In this document: positions 38,901 to 48,897 of the stretch, one piece after another
How positions within the stretch are numbered: the first letter of the stretch is position 1
How the letters are laid out: each line of letters begins with the position of its first letter
Source of the DNA: Raja brachyura
Taxonomy: Eukaryota
Length of the DNA: 64,000 bases
Assembly (NCBI GenBank): GCA_963514005.1
Contig: OY740781.1
Span: 179,056,001-179,120,000, forward strand
Direction: 5' to 3'
Notes under the pieces: model-generated
The model's database searches: none
Told to the model about the DNA's origin: nothing
Seen by the model: the letters and a program-made list of their open reading frames with translations, nothing else
Position numbers and translations under genes: made by a program

Positions 38901-41900
38901 ACCCCTAACAACCATTCTGATTCCTTGCTTGAGTTATTTCCTGCTTGCTCTATATTCCCCGAAGGCCCTCTGCCTTATACAAATTTAGTACTTTTGCCCC
39001 GTTGTCCCGATATTTCCCTCTTCATTACTATCTTAAAACATATGGAGTTGTGATCACAGTTCCTAAAATGTTCTTCCACAGAAACACCATTGACCTGGCC
39101 AGGCTCATTTCACAATACAAGGTCCAGTATGGTCCCTCCACTAGTTGAACAATCCACAAATTGGTTCACGAAATTCTTTTGGATACACCTTACAAATTCT
39201 GCCCTGTCCTAATCTTTTGCACTAAGGAAATCCCAGTCAATATTGGGGAAGTTAAAGTCATTCATTATAACAACCCCATTCCTGTTGACACTTCCCATAG
39301 TCTGTCTACATATCTTTTCCTCTATCTCCTGTTGGCTATTGCGAGGGTTATAGTATAATTATACAATTATACAATACATTTATTTTCATTTGAACCTCAA
39401 GTATGAAGTTCAAATGAAATTTGGTTTCTGCAGTCATACAACAAGAAAAGAACCAAGACACACAACCAACACAATTTACACAAACATTCATCACAGTAAA
39501 TCTCCTCCTCACTGTGATGGAAGGCAAAGTCTTGTCTCTCCTCTGTGTTCCATTCTGCTCTCGATGTTAAAGTCCCGGCGGGCGATGGCAAGTCCCACGG
39601 CCATTAAGGCCGCACCGGGCGATGTAAGGCCCCGCTCCAGGTCTTAATGTTAATGTTGGAGCCACCGGTGGGCGATGGCAAGTCCCGCGGCCGTTAAAGC
39701 CGCGCCGGGCGATGTAATGCACCGCTCCGGGTCATTTTCAACCCCGCAACTCGGGCGGCAGAAGCTACCATTGCGGGAGCTCCGAGAATGGTTTCCCACC
39801 AGGGACCTGCGAGCTCCCGATGCCACCGTCCACCGGACCTGCGGCTGGAGCCTCCGTGCTCCGGAGTCGGGTCACAGCCGCGCGACACCACAGCTCTCCA
39901 TGCTCCGAAGCAGGCCAGCCCCACGATGGTAAGTCCGCAGGCTCCGCGACTGAAACCCCCAGGTCGTTCCGGTTGGAGGCCGCTCCACGGTGCTAGGCCC
40001 CAACGACAACTCGGTGAGGTTTGTTACTTAATGGGTACAATCATACAGCAGGATGCCCTTTTTTTCTATTGTTACAATAATTACTACTTGGCCATAGGCA
40101 ATAATCTTCCAATTATTATTTTAATTCATGCCTTTCTTCCTTTAATTACTGATATTGCCTACCCACATCAACAATCATGTGGTTGGACAGTCCGTGCTGT
40201 CAGCTGAAAGCTGTCCATGTGCAGAATGACTTAATGGTATTTCGCTGCCAATTTCTGGTAATGTTAAAATGGGTCTTAATTGTTCTTTTATTGCAGAGTT
40301 CCCACGAGGAGCAGAGAGAACATTTCAGATCCAACCTCCCCTCTTCGGAACAAGTTTGTCTACAAAATTTCAGATTTGTATGATTTATATTTTTATCTCT
40401 TTATTTGCAATATATAATTAGAGCAGGTGTTTATGAAAGAACTCCAGATGCTGGAAAAATCGAAAGTAGACAAAAATGCTGGAGAAACTCAGCGGGTGAG
40501 GCAGCATCTATGGAAAGAAGGAATAGGCGACGTTTCAGGTCGAGACCCTTCTAATTTGAGCAGGTTTCAGAACACAGCCCACACCTGGAATCTGGTATTC
40601 AAATTTTAATATGTGGTGTAATTCAGAACAACAAAAATAAAGAGGGAGAAGATTTGATTTTTTGCCTTCCATCAGAGTGAGTAATGTGGGGAATCCGCTG
40701 TGGTGGATGTTTATGTTAACTTCTATGTATTTGTGTGCCACGTTTTTTTTTCGTGTGGCCGTATGGTAATTCGCATACCACTTTGGTACACGTGACAATA
40801 AAAGGCCATTGAAACTTTTGTGCTACAATCAGGCCTCCTTGAGCCATTTCTGAATATTCAGTAACAACTGAATAACTCGGGTTGAATGGTGGTGTCATTA
40901 GTAGAGCTGTTGTCTTCTGCTCCTGTGAGCTTTGATCCAGACCTCGGGTGCTGTTTCATGGAGTTTGTACTATTTCTCTGTGACTATGTGGGATCCTGAA
41001 TATTTTGGTTTCCTCCACGTTTAGAAATCATGAAGGTTGGCAGGTTACCAGGCCATTCTCTATTACCGCTAATGTGTAGACGAGTGGTAGAATCTGAGGA
41101 AGCGTTAATAGTGACTGTGGGGAGAATAAAATGAATTAGTGTTAAATAATTAGGATGTGTGTAAAAATGGATGCTTGATGGTTGCTGCTGACCTGGTGAG
41201 CCAAAAAATCTATCTCCCTGCTGTTTTTCAATATGACTCCATAATTGTATGAATGCTTCAGTTGGACATTTTGGCAAAAAGGAGACCTAAAGGTATATTC
41301 AGAATTGCTTTGGTTTTTAATATTGCCAGAGGAACCATCTTCTCAGATAAGTGAATGGGTAAAATAGTCAAAACAACTGAGGAGATCAGCAGAAAAAGTC
41401 ACAAAATGCAGGAGTAACTCAGTGGGTCAGGCAGCATCTCTGGAGAACATGGATAAGTAATGTTTTGGGTCAGGAGCCTTCTGGCAGAACTTCTTGTCCC
41501 TACAAGGAAATTAGCAGAATGTTTTCATACCGAGGATGATTAAGATTTTTGATACATCATTATACATAATGTGAAAGAGCAATTTCAAATAACAATAGAA
41601 ACTATATTTAAAGAGGATTAATTTGCAGAGTTTGGGAGAAAAAGCTGGAAGTGGAAATGAACTTCACATTTATTTTGAGACACCACAAACATGGCCGTCT
41701 GAATGATTTCCAATGTTCCAAAGTTGTGCTCAATGGCATATTGACAATAGTGAAAGGACAACAAAATAAGTGGTGATATGTGGTTTAGATTAAAACCAGA
41801 ATTTTCCTAACAATTCATGTTCTCATGGCTCAGATATAACTGATGGAAGCTTGGTGGAAGTTTCCTTTAAATGCATAAGGGGATCTTTTATTTATTTGAT

Positions 41901-43216
41901 AAATAATTCCAAGACAATTCTTTGTCATGTTTTCATTCATTTTGCATTGGTTTGACCTATCGACTTCAGGTTAAATGATAGGGAACACCTATATTTACAC
42001 AGTTAAATCTTTTTATGGCTTTCTTCCAACGTAAGTATGACATGGGATATTGAGGCACTGGTAAGGAAAATGGACGCATATTTCAGGTATAGGCATCTGG
42101 GATCAAGTGAATCTCTTGAGGAGTATAAGAGATGTAGGACTATACAGAAGAAGGAAATCAGGAGGGCAAGAAGAGGAACTCCTGAATAGTAAGTTTGTGG
42201 ATTAAATCATTATTGGTGATGTAGTGGATAATGAAGACAGTTATCTAAGATTATAACAGGAGCTGGATGAATTGGAGGAGCGAGCCAAGTAATTGCAGAT
42301 GGAATTTAACTTTGACAAATGCCTAATGCAAGTTAAACCTGCGCATGATATACACAGTAAATGGTAGGACCCTGGAGAGTATTGTAGAATGCAGGGGCTT
42401 AGAGTTAAAGGTACATAGTTCCCTGAAAGTCGCAACACAGATAGAAAGGGGGGTGGGATGAAGAAGGTGTTTGGCACACTTCCCTTTATTGGTTAGGGGC
42501 TATTTCCATTCACTATGGAACTTTAGACGTCATGTTACAGTTCTAAAAGTCGTGGTGAGACCACACTTGGTGTTCTATGTGCAGTCCTGCTCACCAAGCT
42601 ACAGGAAAGATGTCATTAATCTGATAAGGGGAGAGAATAAATGTATGGGGATGTCACATGGATTGGAAGGTTTGAGTTACAAAGAGAGGCGAAATGGGCT
42701 GGGACTTTTACCCCTGGATTGTAGGAGGTAGTGTGGTGACCTTATAGAGGTATATGTGATCAGGAGGAGTGTGAAGTAAGTGGATGATCACAGCATTTTC
42801 CCAGGGGGGGGGCGGGGGGGGGGGGGGGGGTGAAGATTTAAAGGGATGGGAGGGATAATTTTTCTCCACGACGAGGGTGATGGGCTTAGAGATCAAGCTA
42901 CCAGAATGAGTTGCAGAGGTGGATATAGTTACAATGTTAAAAAACATTTGGACAGATAAGTGGATAGAAAAGGTTCAGAGGGATAGGGGAAACTGGGCTA
43001 GCTCAGTTTGACATGTTGGTTAGCATGAGGGAGTTGGGCTGAAGGGCATATTTCTGTGCGGCACAGCTCCACGACTGTGTTCATGAGAAATATATCTTTG
43101 ATCATTTATTTTGTTGCAGCTGCAAGAATTGCAACCAAAAGCCAACTTTACCTGGAGAACCCCAATGCAAACCCCCACCTCCCCCTGCAGACACCTGCTA
43201 CGGCCGTAACATCTAG
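35928..43216 (+). CDS. JCHAIN: Immunoglobulin J chain, join(35928-35991,38615-38741,40297-40377,43120-43216), 122 aa
   Basis: Spliced translation MKNKQILKPFAAILLFTIVAA-ADAESHLLVKSQCKCMTVTSKTAVSVLPNSGRVEQLMRDIHIV-VPTRSRENISDPTSPLRNKFVYKISDF-CKNCNQKPTLPGEPQCKPPPPPADTCYGRNI*. Carries the J-chain signature RENISDPTSPLR with the NIS sequon, plus CKC, CxxC and TCY. Four exons, intron phases 1,2,2. Confidence 0.97.
36235..36415 (+). mobile_element. HE1/V-SINE-like SINE in JCHAIN intron 1
   Basis: A box tggtgcagctgg, B box ggttcgatcc, V-domain-like core. Confidence 0.8.
37170..37800 (+). mobile_element. Old degenerate CR1 fragment in JCHAIN intron 1
   Basis: CR1-like nucleotide motifs such as ggcttttattgcaagaggattagagtacaaa and gaggtgatctcactgaaa. 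Confidence 0.6.
38233..38468. repeat. Head-to-head Penelope-derived terminal-repeat palindrome (others about 32400-32560, 34799-34967, 58330-58520)
   Basis: 38233-38328 is the near reverse complement of 38335-38429; the unit is homologous to the Penelope terminal sequence at 34076-34205. Confidence 0.85.
38615..38741 (+). CDS. JCHAIN: JCHAIN exon 2 (127 nt)
   Basis: Acceptor ctattttcttacag|; LLVKSQCKCMTVTS resembles mammalian VLVDNKCKCARITS; donor GT|gtaagt. Confidence 0.96.
39355..40012 (-). mobile_element. Non-autonomous GC-rich retroposon in JCHAIN intron 2
   Basis: The reverse complement of 39915-40010 matches 29021-29122; same 3' module with an atacaa-type tail. Confidence 0.75.
40297..40377 (+). 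CDS. JCHAIN: JCHAIN exon 3 (81 nt)
   Basis: Acceptor ttcttttattgcag|, VPTRSRENISDPTSPLRNKFVYKISD, donor TT|gtatga. Confidence 0.98.
42040..43075 (+). mobile_element. Old degenerate CR1 fragment in JCHAIN intron 3
   Basis: Degenerate CR1 RT/C-terminal residues (VRPHL..YVQ..SP.YRKD, LSYKER). Confidence 0.7.
43120..43216 (+). CDS. JCHAIN: JCHAIN exon 4, coding part
   Basis: Acceptor ttattttgttgcag|, (F)CKNC...PQC...DTCYGRNI, then TAG at 43214-43216. Confidence 0.9.
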
Positions 43217-43521
43217 AGAATGCCTATACCGTCAAAACACCATGGGAACCAAATGGATGGTGCGTGGAATCCCAAACGCCACTGGAATCCACAGCCTACA
43301 GCGCCCTCTACTGAAATATCACATGATCAGCCTCCATGTCAGATGTTGTTCAACCACATTGTGTTTTCTTAATGCATTTTTAGCTTTATATAGTTGTACT
43401 TGCTTTTTGTCTTCATTGAACATATAAAATGCTTCATTGCTTCAAAACTTGTTTTGTGAAAATCCCGTTCTTTGACGTAGCATAATTTCTAATTTGTCAT
43501 TTTACTTTTTTTTAATGACAA

Positions 43522-46500
43522 TAGACAATGGGTGCTGGAGTAGGCCATTTGACCCTTCGAGCCAGTACCAGCATTCAATGTGATCATGGCTGATTATCCC
43601 CAATCAGTACCCCGTTCCTGCCTTCTCCCCATATCCCCTGACTCTGCTATTTTTAAGAGCCCTATCTAGCTCTCTCTTGAAAACATCCAGAGAACCTGCC
43701 TCCACTGCCCTCTGAGGCAGAGAATTCCACAGACTCACCACTCTCTGTGAGAAAAAGTGTTTCCTCGTCTCCGTTCTAAATGGCTTAGTTCTTATTCTTA
43801 AACTGTGGCCCCTGGTTCTGGACTCCCCCAACATCGGGAACATGTTTCCTGCCTCTAGTGTGTCCAAGCCCTTCACAGTCTTCTGTTTCAATGAGATCCC
43901 CTCTCATACTTCTAAACTCCAGAGTGCACAAGCCCAGCTGCTCCATTCTCTCAGCATATGACAGTCCCGCCATCCCGGGAATTAACTTTGTAAACCTATG
44001 CTGCACTCCTTCAATAGCAAGAATGTCCTTCCTCAAATTAGGGGACCAAAACTGCACACAATACTGCAGGTGTAGTCTCATTAGGGCTCTGTACAACTGC
44101 AGAAGGACCTCTTTGCTCCTATATTCAATTCCTCTTGTTATAAAGGCCCACCTGCGATTCACTTTATTCACTGCCTGCTGTACCTGCCTGCTTACTTTCA
44201 TAGACTGATGTACAAGGTCCCCCAGATCCCATTGTACTTCCCCTTTTCCCAACTTGACGCCATTTAGATAATAATAATCTGCCTTCCTGTTTTTGGTACA
44301 AAGTGGATAACCTCACATTTATCCGCATTAAACTTCATCTACCATGCATCTGCCCGCTCCCCCAACCTGTCCAAGTCACCCTGCATTCTCATAGCATCCT
44401 CCTCACAGTTCACACTGCCACCCAGCTTTGTGTCAGTTGCAAATTTGCTAATGTTACTTTGAATCCCTTCATCCAAATCATTGATTTATATTGTAAATAG
44501 CTGTGGTCCCAGCACCGAGCCTTGCGGTACCCCACAAGTCACTGCCTGTCATTTTGAAAGGGACCCGTTAATCCCTACTCTTTGTTTTCTGTCTGCCAAC
44601 CACTTCTCTATCCATGTCAGCACTCTACCCCCAATACCATGTGCCCTAATTTTGCCCAATAATCTCCTATGTGGGACCTTATCAAATGCTTTCTGAAAGT
44701 CCAGGTACACTACATCCACTGGCTCTCCCTTGTCCATTTTCCTAGTTACATCTTCAAAAAATTCCAGAAGATTAGTCAAGCATGATTTCCCCTTCGTAAA
44801 TCCATGCTGACTCGGACCGATCCTGTTACTGCTATCCAAATGTGCGGCTATTTCATCTTTTATAATTGACTCCAGCATCTTCCCCACCACCGATGTCAGG
44901 CTAACTGGTCTATAATTCCCCGTTTTCTCTCACCTGCCTTTCTTAAAAAGTGGGATAACATAAGGTACATTGGGATAACATTACCCTCCAATCCACAGGA
45001 ACTGATCCAGAGTCTATAGAACATTGGAAAATTATCACCAATGCATCCACGATTTCTAGAGCCACTTCCTTAAGTACCCTGGGATGCAGACCATTAGGCC
45101 CTGGGGATTTATCAGTCTATCCAACACCATTTCCTGCCTAATGTGGATTTCCTTCAGTTCCTCTGTCACCCAGATACTCTGGCCACTACTATATCAGGCA
45201 TATTGTTTGTGTTCTCCTTAGTGAAGACAGATCCAAAGTGCCTGTTCAACTCATCTGTCATTTCCTTGTTCCCCATAATAAATTCACCTTCAAGGGTCCA
45301 ACTTTGGTCTTAACTAATTTTTTCCTCTTTGCATACCTAAAGAAGCTTTTACTGTCCTGCTTTATATTCTTGACTAGCTTACCTTCGTACCTCATCTTTT
45401 CTCCCCGTATTGTCTTTTTGGTTATCTTCTGTTGTTCTTTAAACATTATCCAATCCTCTTGCTTCCTGCTCATCTTTGCTACGTTGTACTTCTTCGCTTT
45501 AATTTTTATACTGTCCCTGACGTCCCTTGTCAGCCATGGTCGTCTCTTTCTCCCCTTGGAATCTTTCTTCCTCCTAGGAATGAACTGATCCTGCACCTTC
45601 TGTATTATTCCTAGAAACACCTGCCATTTTTGTTCCACTGTCATCCCTGCTAGGGTATCTTTCCAGTCAACTTTGGCCAGCTCCCCCCTCGTGGCCCCAT
45701 AGTCCCCTTTATTCAACTGCAACACTGACACCTCCTATCTACTCTTCTCCCTCTCCAATTGTAGATTAAACCTGACCATGTTATGGTCACTGCCTCCTAA
45801 TGGCTCATTAACCTTGAGGTCCTTTATCAAATCCGGTTCATTACATAACACTAAATCCAGAATTGCCTTCTCCCTGGTAGGCTCCAATACAAGCTGCTCT
45901 AAGAATCCATCATGAAGGCACTCTACAAAGTCCCTTTCTTAGGGTCCAGTACCAACCTGATTTTCCCAGTCTACCTGCATGTTGAAATCTCCCATAACAA
46001 CCACAGCATTACCTTTGCTACATGCCAATTTTAACTCCTGATTCAACTTGCACCCTATGTCCAGGCTACTGTTTGGGGGCCTGTACATAAGTCCCATTAG
46101 GGTCTTTTTACCCTTACAATTCCTTAGTTCTATCCACACTGACTCCACATCTCCTGTTTCAATGTCACCCCTTGCAAGGGACTGAATGTCATTCCTCACC
46201 AACAGGGCAGCGCCACCCCCTCTGCCCACCTGTTTGCCTTTTCGATCGGAGTTATACCTTGAATATTCAGTTCCCAGCCCTGGCCCCCTTGCAGCCATGT
46301 CTCAGTAATTCCCACAACATCATACTTGCCAGTTTCTGAGCCTCAAGCTCATCCACTTTATTCCTTATACTTCGCGCATTCATATACAGTACGAGGACCT
46401 CTGTATTCACTTCCCCCCTCGCAATTGGCTCTGACCTTACTCTGTTGTCCATTCTCAAGCTTTCCTTCCCATTAACTCGAGAATCTTTTGTAATTTTTCC

Positions 46501-46679
46501 TGTAGCCACCTCCCCTTCAACTCCATCTTTATACTCCCAATTTGTCAATCTCTCCCCCCCACTATTTAGTTTAAACCCACACGTGTAGCCCTAGCAAACC
46601 TCTCTGCCAGAATGTCGGTCCCTCTCCAGTTAAGGTGTAACGCGTCCCTTTTATACAGGTCACGCCTACCCTAGAAGAC
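43522..46679 (-). mobile_element. CR1 LINE with most of ORF2 (APE endonuclease and RT), frameshifted
   Basis: YMNARSIRNK, GGGAALLVR, YRPP, VMGDFN (APE); QHGF.KGKSCLTNL, VYLDFQKAFDKVPH (RT); CR1 C-terminus TRGHSLRI; candidate TSD ATGACAA at 43515-43521 and 46680-46686. Confidence 0.93.
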
Positions 46680-47338
46680 ATGACAAACAAAATGAAGGCC
46701 ACATGTCAATGTGGCAGATCACCACTCAGTAGGTTTTGTGGAAACGGAAGTTGCAGAAATATCTTAACATATGGGCCTGAATTCAGCATAAAGCAAAAAC
46801 ACCCACTATTCCAGGGAATCGTAGGTAAGTAGTGCCTTCAAGCGGACAGATAATCATTAGCCACAAACATAATGTAAAAGGTGCAATTTTTGATAAGTAC
46901 TTCAAACAACATGCAGAGCACAAATGCATCAGAGAAGAGTCAGTGAACTTTATAAATATTTTTAAAATATTGTTTCCATTATTCCAACGTATTCATACTT
47001 TCAAATACTTTGGAATAATCACAATCCACAAATATAAAAGTAATTCTTAATGGGCAAAAGATTATTTTAGCAATAGTAAAGTTTACTATCCCATTAAAAA
47101 TGTCATTATAACTTTTGATTATAAAAATAAATATGCTCGAGTTATTTTGCAGGGAGAATAATGTATAAATACCTTGATTATAGATCAATTGGAATGACCT
47201 ACAATCCATCCCTGAGATAGAGAAGAATGCAGCATCTTTTACCCAAAGGAAGGGAAATAAAAACCAGAGGACATAAGTTTAAAATGAGAGGGGAAAGATT
47301 TAATAGCAGCCCGAGGCTGCTATTTAATGGGGCATCTT

Positions 47339-48420
47339 ACATAGAAACATAGAAAATAGGTGCAGGAGTAGGCCATTCGGCCCTTCGAGCCTGCACCGCC
47401 ATTCAATATGATCATGGTTGATCATCCAACTCGATATCCCGTACCTGCCTTCTCTCCATACCCCCTGATCCCTTTAGCCACAAGGGCCACATCTAACTCC
47501 CTCTTAAATATAGCCAATGAACTGGCCTCAACTACCTTCAGTGGCAGAGAATTCCAAAGATTCTCCACTCTCTGTATGAAAAATGTTTTTCTCATCTCGG
47601 TCCTAAAAGATTTCCCCCTTATCCTTAAACTGTGACCCCTTGTTCTGGACTTCCCAAACATCAGGAACAATCTTCCCGCATCTAGCCTGTCCAACCCCTT
47701 AAGAATTTTGTAAGTTTCTATAAGATCCTCAATCCTCTAAATTCTAGCGAGTACAAGCCGAGTCTATCCAGTCTTTCTTCATATGAAAGTCCTGACATCC
47801 TAGGAATCAGTCTGGTGAACCTTCTCTGTACTCCCTCTATGGCAAGAATGTCTTTCCTCAGATTTGGAGACCAAAACGGTACGCAATACTCCTGGTGTGG
47901 TCTCACCAAGACCCTGTACAACTGCAGTAAAACCTCCCTGCTCCTATACTCAAATCCTTTTGCTATGAATGCTAACATACCATTCACTTTCTTCACTGCC
48001 TGCTGCACCTGCATGCCTACTTTCAATGACTGGTTGAAACCATGACACCCAGGTCTCGTCGCATCACCCCTTTTCCTAATCGGCCACCATTTAGATAATA
48101 GTCTACTTTCCAGTTTTTGCCACCAAAGTGGATAACCTCACATTTATCCCCATTCTACTGCATCTGCCATGCATCTGCCCACTCACCCAGCCTATCCAAG
48201 TCACCTTGCAGCCTCCTAGCATCCTCCTCACAGCTAACACAGCTAACACTGCTCCCCAGCTTTGTGTCATCCGCAAACTTGGAGATGTTGCATTCAATTC
48301 CCTCGTCCACATCATTAATATATATTGTAAATAGCTGGGGTCCCAGCACAGAGCCTTGCGGTACCCCACTAGTCACTGCCTGCCATTCTGAAAAGGACCC
48401 GTTTACTCCTACCCTTTGCT
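47339..48420 (-). mobile_element. CR1 LINE 3' fragment
   Basis: [32 protein letters not shown]; atagaaacatagaaa tail. Confidence 0.92.
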
Positions 48421-48897
48421 CTTGGTCGACAAGGACAACGTGGGCCAAAGGGCCTGTGTTCATGTTGCATGATTGACCATATGACTAAGAGATGAACAGT
48501 GGAGGATATGGAAGAGGATATAATTCGGCATACGATCACCCGCGTTATATTCAACGTGTGTGGAGATGCTGCGAATATTCTCAAATTCATGGTGTATAAT
48601 GTATACTCATACAAAATGTCAAAAGTATAGTCATCGATGCTACAGTAAAGTACAGGTTGAAGGTGGAGTAGTGGAAAGAGCCAGACCAGTTGTGGAGGGG
48701 GAGAGCCAGGCCAGGAAATAAGGAAGGTGAAAGAACCAGACTAGGATTAGAGGAAGAGGAAAGTTACAGGTCAGGCATAGTGGAGGGGAGAAGTTCGGAG
48801 ATACTCATGGGGTCTGTCTCCCAGGTGACATTTTCAATTGAAGTTTTCCTTGTCCCTGGTTCCCTATGAATTACTTAAAATCTCAAACTAAAAATGT

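Noticed and set aside
40177-40383. 68-aa ORF with a hydrophobic stretch
   Set aside because: Wrong frame across JCHAIN exon 3; the hydrophobic run is the translated polypyrimidine tract.
43056-43427. 123-aa ORF from the track
   Set aside because: Overlaps JCHAIN exon 4 in a frame with no J-chain motifs and begins inside a CR1 remnant.
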